From: Octopus sinensis
Lineage: Eukaryota
DNA: 64,000 bases
NCBI RefSeq assembly: GCF_006345805.1
Contig: NC_043005.1
Coordinates: 60,078,001-60,142,000 of the forward strand
Reading direction: 5' to 3'
Each line of letters starts with the position of its first letter. Position 1 is the stretch's first letter. Under the pieces are notes generated by a model. That model was not told the DNA's origin, searched no databases, and was given only the letters and a program-made list of their open reading frames with translations. A program made the translations under genes and the position numbers. Positions 1 through 13,999 of this stretch are shown in pieces.

Positions 1-278
1 GAGGATAACTGTGAAGAAGGGAATACACATGATTAAATACTTTGAAAACGAGACATACATCACTTTCCTTTGTGCAAAGTATATGAATGAAATTAATGTG
101 AGTAACATGAACTTTTCTTTTTAAGAGTATAATGCATGTTTTGAGGGAGATTTGGCTACTGTTTCTGACAGGTCGATTGTCACAGTAAAGGTGTCCTAAT
201 TAGCTTGCAGTTTGCTTTTAGAAAAATTGGCAGGCCACTTCAAATTTTTAGAAAGTAGTTAATAATTTATTGCTGTCC

Positions 279-385
<107 letters not shown>

Positions 386-815
386 ATGTATGTATACGGG
401 TAGATGTATTCCAACTTTTACAGTCCTGTCTCTTAAAGGTTTTCTAAGACTACAAGCTCTAATGAAGCTCTTTGGTTTCAATTAAATTTGACTGCTATAT
501 CTAACCAGCATATTGACCCCATTGAAGAGCCGCATTCGTCTCCTCATTATTTAAAAAGTTTAAATAATTATTAGTTGGAATTAATAACCATATGAAGCCA
601 TACAAATTGATCTTCCATATTTTCAGAATCATAATATTATATCACATGATGCTCATGGAAACACCAGGTGTTAATAATATCTCAGCAAGCAATACATAAT
701 ATTAATGAAATAGTTGCAGAACATTGGACATTGGAAACAAAGCATCCATTTAAATAGTAATAAACCTCTCAAATAAATACGCTACGTGAATCCACAGTTA
801 CACTATGGATATTAT

Positions 816-2696
816 CGTTTCTGGTGAGTTTGTCTAAAGCAATTCGTCTAAAATACAATTGATCTAAATGTAATTTCTCTAAAACAATTTGTCTAAAGCA
901 ATTTCTCTAAAACGGTATTAATCCTGAAACAATTTGTCTAAAATACAATTTGACTGAAAAATAAAAAATTTGTTTCTTTTTTGATGATTTGTAGGAAGTG
1001 GAAAGGAATAGTTGTTTACTCATAGTATTTAGTATAAATAGTTGTTTGTGATAATATGGAATAAAACTAGTTGTTTACTAGAAAAAAAAAACTAGTTGTT
1101 TTCTAAATCAATTTATTTGGAATTTTTCACAGTGAAAAGACCCATAGCCAAAGATGTCTGCTGAATTTGCTGAATAAGAAAAAACGTCATAAGAAGTTGG
1201 TTGATAATAGACATACATACTATAAGAATGGTGAAAATGGCAAATGTTTTTATTGGAAGTGCGAAAAATATCCCCGAAACAAAATACTGTGCTGGCATAA
1301 TTATTGTAAAGGATGAAATTGTAATGTGTTCTAACGACCATAATCATACATAAGGGGCCGCTGAAATTGTAGCAAAAGAAGCCGTTTCAAAAATACGGCA
1401 ACTGGCTACGTCAACAGAAGATGAACTCCATTCAATTGTATCAAAGTGCTCTCCATGATTGCGACCAAGCTGTTGCCTCCAAACTACCAAAAATGCAAAT
1501 TATTAAGAGAACAATAAGATCTATAAGGCGACAAACCCTTAATGGACCGCCCCTACATTCAACTTGCAGTGAAATAGTTTTCCCATCTGATCTTACTAAA
1601 TCTTTTAAACGTGATCAATTTCTGTTTTACGACTCAGGACCAACTGAAAAGTGTATTGTGATATTTGAGACAAGACGTAATTTGCAGTGTTTATCACTAG
1701 GCAGTGTCTGGTATGCAGACGGCACCTTTAAAACAGTCCCTTTATTATTTCACCAGTTATATATCATACATCGATTAAAAGAGAAAGCTTAGCTACCGCT
1801 CATATTTGTGTTATTGCCGGACAAAACAGAAGAAACATATATAACCTTTTTGCACGGGATAAAGAAACTTGAACCATCATGTGCGCTATTGCCAATGAAC
1901 ATCCATTTTGAGAAAGCGATGATGAAAGCGGCTTTGAAAGAATTTCTTAGTGCAGAACAGAGCTGTTACTGTTTCCACTTCAGCCAATGTATTTTTCGTG
2001 TAATTAAAAGTAATGGTTTAAAATGAAAATGCGAAACAGACCCTAGTTTTGCTTTAGTAATGAGGATGCTACCAGCTCAAGAGAAAGAACGCGCGCCGCC
2101 CAACTCTCTTCCCACTAAGAATGTGAAATTTAAGAGTTTTTGATGATTTGCCCAAAATAAATAACTCTCTCGAACGATGGCATCGATCATTCGAAACCCA
2201 AACATATGGAAATTTATCAACTAGTTACGAAAAGAACAATGTCTAAGCAAGATTCGAATTGAGCAGTATATTGCTGGAATGTAAGCAGAACCTCCAAGGA
2301 AGCGCTATCGAGATACTGCAAAACGAATAAAAAGTCTTGTTCAAAATTTTGATCCACACAATATTATTGATTACGATCGTGGTATAGCACACAGCCTTTC
2401 CATTTAAGACTTAATAAATCCTTTCAGTAAATACTATTTTTTGCTTTTTAAGCATTTTGAATTAAAATAATCCTAATGTTTCTATAAATAGTTAACAGCT
2501 TGTTATAAACCCAAGGAATTATAAATTGTGAATAAAAAATCCGAATTCATCAAAAACAATTATTATTGTTAGTGAGATTGTGTTTTCGACAAATTGTTTC
2601 TAGATTAATACTGTTTTAGACAAGTTGTTTTACACAAATTACATTTAGATCAATTGTATTTTAGATGAATTGTTTTAGACAAACGTGCCTAGACCC
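816..2696 (+). mobile_element. Mutator-like (MULE) DNA transposon, decayed, with long TIRs and 9-bp TSD
   Basis: GGATATTAT flanks both ends (807-815 and 2697-2705). About 140 bp at each end are inverted copies built of TTTGTCTAAAACAA-like subrepeats. The interior encodes FLYWCH-like and MULE transposase fragments. Confidence 0.9.
1154..2400 (+). pseudogene. FLYWCH + MULE DDE transposase, broken by stops and frameshifts
   Basis: ...YKNGENGKCFYWKCEKY (FLYWCH-like, ~1210-1270); ORF 1421-1792 WYADGTFKTVPLLFHQLYIIH; ORF 1808-2026 LLPDKTEETY...FEKAM...CYCFHFSQCIFR (MULE CxxH-type motif). Confidence 0.85.
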
Positions 2697-2709
2697 GGAT
2701 ATTATAGCT

Positions 2710-4570
2710 AGAGAACCTAACTGATCCAATGCTGTATGTACCTGAACCCGACAGCATACGCAAGAATTAACTTGGACCAGTGCTTTATTCTAACTACAGT
2801 TCGTTCGCTCAAGAATAGTTATTTTATCTTAGCGGTATTCATATTTTTCTGTATACGATGCAAATAAAATATTTTCCGACTACTCAAATATATTTTCCAT
2901 GGAGATCACTTCAGCTATTACGCTCAGGGAATTAAAACAGTAAAACAACAAGTAATAAAACTGAATTAAAGCTACAACCATAACTGGGACGACAAGCGAA
3001 TTGCTAAATAACTAATTCCAAAGATTATTCACCTCTTCACTCGGAAACGTACAAATAAACAAGCTTGAAGAGTTTTTCAACATTACAGATCTACATGGGG
3101 AAATAGGAAACCATAGATCATATCGACATGATAGAAGATTTAATGTCTGCAATTGCTGAGATAAACTCGACCTTACAAGTGGCCCAGAGAGACTTCTGGC
3201 CGTTCTTAAAGACACACAAGACAGCTATTGAAAAGCAACTTCAGATGCTTTTCCAGAGTTTTCTTGCATGTAGGAAACTTCCCAAACTGATAAGAGAAGG
3301 TAGCTATCATATACCCTGTATAAAAATAAGGCAGCAGAACGGATCCTAAAACTTCTAGGCCTGTCTCTCACTTTACATGTTAACAATTTCATGGAACACG
3401 TTGTCAGGAGGAGGCTGATCACGTTCCTGGAAACAAATAACTAGCTCACAAACACACAACATGGTTTCCATCAGTAGAAAAGCTGTTTTTCATAGCTACT
3501 ACAGCATTAACTTTGAGTACGGAAACAGCAGCTCAACTGCTCAAATATAGAGGTGATATATCTTGACTTTGCCAAGGCCTTTGACAAAGTTGATCATGGA
3601 ATATGTGACAAACTGAGTCACCTCGATATCAATGGAAAACGAGAGAATGGTTGTATGACTTTCTAAAAGACAAAAATGCGACAGCTGCAGCCAATAGTTC
3701 TCTCTCCAGGGAGACATAAGCCCGCAGTCGAATCCCTCAAGGAACTGTTCTGGTAGCTCTACTGTGTAGTTCTCTCTCAGACATGAACTCAGCCTAATAC
3801 TCAACTGCTCTCAGCAGTTACGCTGTTGATATAAAAATATCACAGTCTTCCAAGGACCTTGATAACATGCTAAAGCTGCAAAACTACTTGCATGTGGTAT
3901 ACATGTAGGCCGATGAAAACAACATGTAGTCTAGTGCCTAAAAGTTTCAAGTACCCCACTCCCGGTCCTCAACATACAGGATCAGGGGTTAGTGTACTCC
4001 TAGAATCAGAGTTGGTGCACAACGTGGGAATCCACATGAGTAATGATGCAACATTCCATGCGCATATTATCAACATGGGAACACTACAGGCGGGTAACTG
4101 GGCAAATTCTGAAATGATTCAGAACCGGGAAAAGGATACCATGCTAATCTTATGGGAAACTTTCGTTCTCAGTTATCCGGATTACTGCTCGCAATTGTGA
4201 TCACTGCGAACGTTATGATGGTGGTGGAACTTGAGGCAATCCACCGCCACTACGCAAAGAAGATTAACTTGCTGAGACAGATGAGCTATTGGGTGTGGCT
4301 AAAGGAAGTAAGACTATAATGCCAAGAGAGAAGTCATGAAAGATATAAAGTTACACATTGAGGAGTCTGGAAGATCGAGCTCTCAACTTAAGAATCAAAC
4401 ACCGAAATGGACGGCACAGCATAATACCAAAGATATCATTTTGTCCATCTCGAAGAAGGACGTAGTACTGTAGCTTCTTGTGTTTCAGAGGTCCACAACT
4501 GTTCAACAAACTGCCAAACAACCTCAGAGATTTGCGAGATGAGGTCTGGATAAAATTTGATCTGAAATAT
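2710..4570 (+). mobile_element. Degenerate CR1/L2-group non-LTR retrotransposon (RT region)
   Basis: IYLDFAKAFDKVDHG at 3556-3600; IPQGTVL at ~3732; YAVDIKI (decayed YADD) at ~3819; NREKDTMLILWETFVLSYPDYCSQL in ORF 3892-4200. Many stops and frameshifts; the left boundary is approximate. Confidence 0.8.
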
Positions 4571-5432
4571 CACATGGTTCTACATTGCAGCAGGAGACTT
4601 AAACCAGTGTAGTAAGGAATACGCAGACAAAACACGCTAAAAGGCGGTACTCCAGCACCACCCCAGCTTTTGTCTTAAAACGACATAATATTAAAGGAAA
4701 GATATATATATATATATATATATATACATATGCAAACAAACAAATACACACGTACTGGAATAGTAAGTTATATAATATAGTACATTTGAAGAGCGTGGAC
4801 ATCTGATAGAAAGACAGTATCATGCAATACTAAAATAAAATACATACACCATTGTAGCCAATACTTAACAAGACATTAATAGAACAACAAATTAAGATTT
4901 GGAAGAGAATGTGAGAGGAGGACGGTGATATGGAGTAATATATCGAGACAATGGTCCATAAAATCTGCAGTAACGTTAGTAGTAACGTATTTAGTGACGT
5001 GTCACCAAAATACAAATGATTTGATGTTTAGTGCGCCACTCGGTATATTTAGTCAGTGATTTTTTTATATTGGTAGTTAAGCAAGAGCAATAAAATCTCT
5101 GAATCATACATAAAATTATAAGAGAGAGAGGCAAACCACAAGTTATATTACGAATTAGCCGAAATAAATAATTTGAAAATGATCAAATGGATAAAAATTT
5201 TTTTATATATAACATAATAATTTGTAGCTGCCTTCTGAGTGCTTTCTGCATCATATATGATACCATTAGCAGGATACTAGGAGTCACTGGTCGAAGTGGA
5301 CTACAGTCGAATACAGACGGCCTATTCGTTAACGTACGAAGGCAGACACTTATATGAAGGAATATGTAACAACAATGCTGCTGGTTTCAAATTTGGGTAC
5401 GAAATGACACAGAAGGGCGAGTGCAGATTGCA

Positions 5433-5445
<13 letters not shown>

Positions 5446-5463
<18 letters not shown>

Positions 5464-5507
5464 TAATAATCATAATAATAATAATAATAATAATAATAGT
5501 AATAATG

Positions 5508-5541
<34 letters not shown>

Positions 5542-5588
5542 TAAAGATAATGATGATGATGAGGATGATGATAAGGATGATGATGATG

Positions 5589-5619
<31 letters not shown>

Positions 5620-5725
5620 GGAGGAGGAGGAGGAGAAGGAGAAGGAGAGAAGAAGAGAAGAAGAAGAAGAAGAAGAAGAAGAAGAAGAAGAAGAAGAAGA
5701 AGAAGAAGAAGAAGAAGAAGAAGAG
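5446..5725. repeat. Compound trinucleotide microsatellite (AAT)n-(GAT)n-(GAG)n-(GAA)n
   Basis: Directly visible; it accounts for the poly-I/M/R/K/S/L ORFs. Confidence 0.97.
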
Positions 5726-6989
5726 GAGGACACCGGGGACGCTTAACATTTGAGAGCGATAAAACACTGCTCTGAAATATATAATATATAATAATAATAA
5801 TGTACAGGTTTCTAAGCACTTGAAAAACCGCCGAAATCTTGTGGGTAACTAAGGTTAGAGGTAGTAACTCGCTACACACATAAATTCTGCCAGGAATAAA
5901 ACCGAACCTGATCCAAACCAATATAATGATAATGCAGTACCAGGTATTGAATGCCATTGCTTCTGATCTTAACTGATTGGAAGTGTTATCATGTATATGA
6001 TTTGTCTCGATATTACAGATGGAATACAGAAAATATTCTGCACAATACCACAGAGTTGTTTGCCAATTGCTTGACCTTAATCAGCTGAGCATGTATCTTA
6101 ATGGTTGACGATATGTACATCTCTGATCACGAGCAAAGATTGCGGGGGAGTATCATAGCCGTATTCAGAGGAATTCTTTCTGGAATCATGGGTGTTTCAT
6201 TCATCATCCTTAAACGAACCCTATTCAGGGACGTCTTGAGCGCAATGGGCTCCTCGACCTGAAAAGAAATTTAACATGGCCTCACCTGCAAGGTCATGCT
6301 CTGTTTATCATATGTCGGGCACATATGGTTGTGAGGCATGTGGCTGGTGTACCCTAATCTGACGGGTATTCATGATACGTACATTAAGTTTCGTATATAT
6401 GTACCCCAGGGTCACTTTGATGGCATGTGCTGGTCTCTCAGTGATAATAATAATAGTAATGAGTTTCAACATATCAGGGCTAGATATATAAAGATCAAGT
6501 ACTTGTTTAGACTAACGTTCCGATATTATTTAGAATTTTAGAACCGAAGGTGGTTTTCATTTTAACAATTACCTTTGCGAAAGTGCGTGTTACGTGCAAC
6601 TGGATTTCTGCAAATGGATCGACATCTGCCTACTTTCAGCTTTTGAGTCAAGGTATTTATATATTTAATAAGGCAAAAGGTGTCGTATCATGGTATATCA
6701 AAATAATCTCATTCTGTTTATTCTGATTTAAAATGATGTGTAATTAAGTTATGCCAAAGTAGATATTGCAGTAAAACATTGATGTGGTGTTCGCTTGTAT
6801 GACAATCATGCAATATCTAAGTGATCCACATATTTGTCATTCATTATCGTTGTATCATATGATAATTCGATAACACTGTTCCTTTACGTATCCGTTTATC
6901 TCGTTCATGAATAACAGATACCATTTTTCTGTTTATCCATAAATAGTTTCAAGCATTGGAGAACAGATATGCTGGGGAATTGAATTTAA

Positions 6990-7135
6990 GTGTTTAGTCA
7001 ACTAGATCGATCCAGGTAATTTTGTTTTACGACTGGTACTCACGATATCACATTCTTTTGCTGAAATTATAAGTTATGGAGATACAAACAAACCAACAAT
7101 TGTCATGCTGGGTGAGACAAACAAAAGGACACACA
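6990..7135 (-). mobile_element. Degenerate 3' part of CORE-type SINE
   Basis: Diverged similarity to the 3' half of the SINE copies at 12602-13041 and 44886-45388 (TAGTC..ATCGA.CCAGG..TACT..TTTTGC.GAA....AAGTTA.GG.GA). Confidence 0.5.
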
Positions 7136-7183
7136 CACATATACACATATGTTTATACAAACACACATACACACACACGCGCA

Positions 7184-7250
<67 letters not shown>

Positions 7251-8027
7251 GAAGTAAATGTAAAGATAAGCAAGTTAGACAGTATTGTATATTAAATACA
7301 TGAAATACTGAAAATGTATATATCTAATAAAATATAAAAATCGAGATGTGTGCGTATTTACTTTTCACACGAAACACCGGCTTCCCCAATTGATTCCATA
7401 CTTGTGATACATGAATAATTTCACCTCTGGTAAATTATAGGCTGTTCATTGTTTTTTTTATTAAAAATTATTAGAATATTAAAATATTGTTTTTTCTGAT
7501 ACATTCTCGCCATCGAAAGTTTCAAAAATATTTACTTCCGATTTTCTAGCGTCAGAGAGTTAACATATCTCTTTAGGTATATCTCTCTATCTATATCTCT
7601 TGTTTTTACCTTCATTTTTCAGACGCTAAGATTTTCACCTTCAATTTACAAACGCCATTGTTTAACTTTCATTTTATTGTTGTCACTGTAAGTTTTCAAT
7701 CGCTATTTACAAACAAACAATGATAAATTACTGACAGAAGTATCTTCATAAATTTCACTTCAATCCATACGGTTTTGTCTTTTTCTGTTGTTGACGGTTG
7801 CTTTCTGGTTCCTTTGATACTGACTCTTTCGATAACTGAGTGACAAATTTCGTTTCAATCCGTACAATACTTCATTTTCCGTTAAAATTCCTTATTTACG
7901 TTCTGCCCATCGTATTAAGAAATATAATTTCCGTTACTAAGTTACTTTCATTGTTTACTATCTTCTGCACTCGTGTATTTCTGTATGTATATATAACCAT
8001 GCCTACAAGGAAAGTGCCAAATTTGTC

Positions 8028-8941
8028 GGCATAACAAGAGATTTCTGTAAAAAACCACCACCACCACCACCACCACCAAGTTGGATGATCATAACTTTCA
8101 GAAAAATGGATATTTTTTAATAAAATTTCTACCTACGAATATGTGTTGTTTCATGTAGATTCCGAATATACAAAATTTTGGGGGAATATACAAATCTTTA
8201 GAAGTGGGTGGTGAATTTCTGAAAATTCACCAGAAAACTCGTTATGCAAAAATAACATCTGAAGGTCTGGTACACAGAAATATGTTATTAAGACGACTTA
8301 TTTGTTGCATACGATTTTTTTTCACTTTACGTTAATTTCCAGGTAAACATTTCTAACAAAAAGGCAGAAGATACCAGAAGCAAAAATAAATAATATACGC
8401 GCACAGTTAGATATAGAAGTGTAAAGTATAATTTGTTATATAATCTCTACAATAAACGTGGTACTGAATGGAATACGTCCCCGATTGAACTTTTTCAATT
8501 ATATATGTGTGTGTGCACGTATGTATGTGTGTGTTTCAAATCTACAGATGCACAAACATACAAAACGAAGGAAGTGAAACAAGTATGTACGAATTGTTCC
8601 GAAAATATCCCCGAGTGGGGAACAGATCTCAAAAATAACCCCCAGTTGTTTTCCCCCCAAATTCCTGTCCTCGGAATCTACATAGTCCGAGGAATGTTTG
8701 TAGGGAATTTCATTAAAAAATATTCATTTTCTTGAAAGCTAAAACGAATTAAGTGGATTTCAGTGAATTTTGTGAAATTCCGTACCCCACTCCCTCCTAA
8801 AACACATCCCTAATCGTTTTTGTATAGTTTTAATCTACTTGATATAACACTTATTTTTAGTAATTCTTATCGAAAAATATCCATTTTTCTGAAAGTTATG
8901 ATTATCCAAATTCAGTGGGGGCAGAAATCTGTAGTTATGCC
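8028..8941. mobile_element. Non-autonomous long-TIR DNA transposon (MITE/fold-back type) with 8-bp TSD
   Basis: Starts GGCATAAC and ends GTTATGCC. AATTTGTC is duplicated at 8020-8027 and 8942-8949. Internal inverted blocks include TTGGAT.ATCATAACTTTCAGAAAAATGGATATTTT and ATGTAGATTCCGA...TTGGGGGAA. No ORF. Confidence 0.85.
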
Positions 8942-9503
8942 AATTTGTCCAAATAAATGTCTCTGTCCTGGGAAAGAGAGATAGCTGCAGAAAGGATAGC
9001 ATACCAAGAAACGAATAGAGTGTGCACTACAAAATTCAGAGTATCTCAGAGTGATGAACACATGTATTCACGTCTGACAAGGAATAGGATCTCAACTGCA
9101 GAACAAAAAGCAGTTGCTACAGTTCAGGGAAGCAACTTCTATGAAGCAGCTTTCTTTTCCCATTTCCCTGAACTTCTAAGTTCCTTGTTCGCATGGGTTG
9201 CAGAGATAAATAAAGAGTGGGTATCTCAGTTACTAGCAGTTGAGACCTGTGTAATCTAGTCTGTAATTTTAAATTTCATTATTTTTTTACCCAGGCAAAT
9301 CCAGGTATTTCTGCTAGTGTATACATATAAAAAGCTCCGACTTACTCAGTTACTCAGTATACAAATGACATAGAGAATTAATGGGTCGAGAAACAGTATA
9401 ACAAATCCAGAACTATATGTGCGTGTGTGTATACGTGTGCGTGTGTTTGTGTATGTGTATGTATGGATGTATACACACATACATATATGTATGTATTTAT
9501 ATA

Positions 9504-9561
<58 letters not shown>

Positions 9562-9737
9562 CATCTATGCGCGTGGTTTTGTGGTTATAGTGTTGGACCT
9601 TAAACAGGTATTAAAAAACGAAGTTTCAACCTTTATAAACAAGGAGTTACAACATCTTTACTTGTGAGATTTTTACTGCCCTGGTAACTATTTATCTATT
9701 TTTCCGTGTTAATTGTTAACAAGGTAAAAATACACTC

Positions 9738-9816
<79 letters not shown>

Positions 9817-11634
9817 TGTGTGTGTATGTATGTATATATGACTTCTACACAGTTTCTCTCTTCAACATTTCCCTATTGCAGTAGTCACTTGTCCTAGGTG
9901 CTATGCAGTGGAACAGACGCTAAACGTGATTGTAAGACGAGCTTTCTAACAACAAAGTCATGCCTGCGCTTACGTGTGGTACAGGAATCAACTCTTAATG
10001 CTACGTTCGTCCCCTGTAAGATACGTTTTCTTAATTTTACTCTTCACTCTTTGTCTTTGCTCCGTATACATTTGCCTTGCTTATCTATTGACCATTAAGC
10101 AGCTAATATAATGGACATCACCAATCAGAAAAGGGGAACGATTTCATTATATGGGTTCCGTTTTCTGTTCCGAATTTCTCCTTTTACTCTCACACAAGCT
10201 TAAACACTATCACATATGCACATCATTCACAAGTACACACAAGCACACAGCGCGAACATATAAACATATGTATTGGAATAAATAGGTCCATAAAAACCCC
10301 GACAATATTTAAATAATTGCATTGAGGTTATGAAATAAGATTCCCATAATAATATTTGCTATACACATATTCGTCCTTAGAAGAGTGTCGGAAAGTTCTT
10401 GTTACTTCTCTCCTCTTTACACACACATACACACACATACACACACATACATACACATACATTCACTATATATATAACTATAAATATATGTATATTGTCA
10501 ATACACATATACGTATATATATGTGGGTGGTGTTTATGTATGTATATATTTATTTTATAAACTATATATATATATATATGGGGACATATAGAACCATTAG
10601 TTATAGATAAACTTATATATTTAAGCACACAAAAAACATAGACCTTTTATTAAGAAATTTGCCTAATCAAATATAATAATAAACTAAATAGAAAATGTTT
10701 TTTTTAAATAGATTTTAAATTATACTAATATGACTACATCCAATATTACGACTTCGTCATTAATGTAATGTTCATTTTTCATTTTGCCTTACAAATTGTA
10801 ATTAGAATAGTTTGTAAAAGATCATCAAAAGCTAAATATATACGAAATCTTTTTACTTTCTATAGATAATACAGTTAACTATGTGATATTCTGTTTTATG
10901 AAAGACACAACGACAAACACACACATATACATTCACACATGGGTGTACGTACATATATATATACATAATTACATACATACATACATGCAAACATACATAC
11001 ATATATTTATATATATTTATATGTGTATGTCTTACAAATTACCGAGTTGCAGACATCTTTCTCAAACAAATATTTATATATTTCTTTTTGGCTTTTTTTT
11101 CAATGTTATCTCTCATTGCAATTTATATTTTCACCTCCTTGTTATATGATATATAAACTATAATTGCTTTTCAAACCTAAAGCAATCAGATAAGAATCAA
11201 TATAGAAAATATTACAAATCATTGATCGTGAAATCATCGACCAAAATGGATAGTAGTATTTCACTAAGAGTTCAACATTAATTTTATACCAGCTACCATC
11301 GTTCCGCAATGATTCTGCACTGAAGACACTTAATATCTCAAATAGATATTCACTGAATTGTCAAACCTACCCTAAATATGGCGTTTAAAATTATTAATTG
11401 TTAGGAATTAAGTGATTACTTTAGTCACACCATAAATGAAAGGATACTGGATTTTTTTTGTTTTGTTAGATTTTTACATTCTCACAGATATTGAAGACAA
11501 GCTTTCCTGGGATTGGGATATTCTAGTTGTACCACATCCATCTTTTGATATCATAATTGTCGGTAAGGTCTATTGTGTTTCACAAGGCATGAGCATCTCC
11601 TTATTCAAACAAGATCAAAACAAGTAATGCTACC

Positions 11635-11663
11635 ACTGCTACTGCTAGCACTGCTGCTACCAT

Positions 11664-11716
<53 letters not shown>

Positions 11717-11783
11717 ATACTACTAGTACTACTACTACTACTACTATTACTACTACTACTACTACTACGACGACGACTACGAC

Positions 11784-11818
<35 letters not shown>

Positions 11819-11820
11819 GA
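11635..11820. repeat. (CTA)n/(AAT)n compound microsatellite
   Basis: Directly visible; a pure (AAT)n tract follows at ~11935-12023. Confidence 0.95.
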
Positions 11821-11932
11821 ACGCTTTCCATACAATAACCAGCAGAGCATCACAATAAATCACAGCACATACCTAAGGCACACAGAGCTGCGCTCGGTAG
11901 TGAAGTGAAAGCACGCTATAAAAATAAAACTA

Positions 11933-12024
<92 letters not shown>

Positions 12025-12601
12025 GACATGTATTCAAGTTAAACGTATTGTTTTAGGAGTCAACTTTCACACAAATCTCGAAATATATACTACTTTGGTA
12101 GAAGCAATTTTCTGGCATTACTGTGAAACTCAGGTGAATTCCAGGTAGTATTTAAATTAGTTCATCTGTGTTCTCAGCTGATATATCACTGGGTTTCAGT
12201 TTGACTCATATTTCATCGTAATCGCGGAATATATGAAGTTTCAATTAATTCCTTTGTATGACCATATAAGCTATTGTAATCTTTGGCGGTGTTTGAACTC
12301 AAAATTAAAGAGAATGTAAGGTTTCTTTTCATCTCCAACACTGTTTATCCAACATGCAGCTGACCATGTGAGAAGCAAGGTTGAAGGAGGTTAAGTCCCA
12401 CCACCAGTTTGACCTATGCTTTAAAGATTCTCTCAGGTCAACGAAACCATACTTCACTCTCATACTATTTTCCATGTAATTTTTGTTATTTTCGCGCACA
12501 CATACTCTCTGGGTGAAGGAAAGTAAAACTTTTTGCTTGCAAGCTAAAGGGAGAAAATCTGGACATATTTTCTCTATCAGAATCTCTCTATATATATATG
12601 T

Positions 12602-12760
12602 GCAGGAGTGGCTGTGTGGTAAGTAGCTTGCTAACCAGCCTCATGATTCCGGGTTCAGTCCCACTGCGTGGCATCTTGGGCAAGTGCCTTCTGCTATAGC
12701 CCCGGGCTGACCAATGCCTTGTGAGTGGATTTGGTAGACGGAAATTTAAAGAAGCCTGTC

Positions 12761-12811
<51 letters not shown>

Positions 12812-13041
12812 CGTTTGTCCCCCTAGCATTGCTTGACAACCGATGCTGGTGTGTTTACGTCCCCGTCACTTAGCGGTTCGGCAAAAAGAGACCGATAAAA
12901 TAAGTACTGGGCTTACAAAGAATAAGTCCCGGGGTCGATTTGCTCGACTAAAGGCGGTGCTCCAGCATGGCCGCAGTCAAATGACTGAAACAAGTAAAAG
13001 AGTAAAAGAGTAAAAGAGTAAAAGAGTAAAGAGTAAAAGAG
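12602..13041 (+). mobile_element. Full-length tRNA-derived CORE-type SINE (octopus-type)
   Basis: tRNA-like head with A box (TGGCTGTGTGG) and B-box-like GGGTTCAGTCCC, CORE-like CTTGGGCAAGTG, internal (TA)n, and a tandem (GTAAAAGA)n tail. Confidence 0.9.
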
Positions 13042-13940
13042 TATATATATAATTTAATCTATTCACGCTTGCCTGATTATTTGACAAAGACCTTTTGTAT
13101 ATAGAGTTACTAGTAATTTTAGAATAACTAGCATAATTAATGCAAATGGAGCTAAAGGGAAATAAATCTGATAGACCAAAACCATATTTTAGTATTAAAT
13201 AGGTTAAGTAGCTACTAGTAAATGCCATATGAAAACATTCCAAATTCACAAAACATTCTATAGTAATTGGTGACAGAATGTTAAACTGTAACGGCAATTA
13301 TTAATTTATCAAGTCGTTAATTTTGATATCTGCGGGCTAGCTCGCAGAAAAGAAATGACAGCCAACAGACCGGATTCAACGTATAGATGTGACCTCTGCA
13401 AACGAGACTGTCACTCTCGCATCGGTCTTAACAGCCACAGGAGGCGTTGCAAAAACTGAATAGACAACAAACGGACGGATCACATTATCCATGGTCAGCC
13501 ATGGCCGACGGAGGCCCTAGAAGAAATTTTGCTATCAAATGTTATGCACATTGAGTTTTTAAATTATTTCTAGTAAGTTTATATTTGCTTGTAGTGATAC
13601 TGATTTAGCATTAATCCTTTACTTATTTTAAAAATTGTGAATTCAAAATTATGACAATATTATGTTGGTAATTTATAAAATTTACATAACAGACAAAAGA
13701 TTTGGAATGATCAAGAGGAGGAATCAGTAATCGAGTTTATTAGTAATTTGATCATACACATATGAAAAAGAGTATATGCGTCAATATATGTGTAAACACA
13801 AGCACACGCACAGACATATACACACATATATGTACCTGTACTTATACAATTGTTAAAGAGGACAAAAACGTTATGGTAAGGCAAACATCTCAAGTCGTAT
13901 ACATTATTATTATTTTTAAAAGAGATCAGTCTTAGAGCTT

Positions 13941-13994
<54 letters not shown>

Positions 13995-13999
<5 letters not shown>

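Noticed and set aside
6150-6380. Likely abundant interspersed repeat (RTE-like 5' region)
   Set aside because: Recognised only from memory; no motif or second copy in the window supports the class.
8957-9259. 100-aa ORF in non-repetitive DNA
   Set aside because: No recognisable domain, splice context or second line of evidence.
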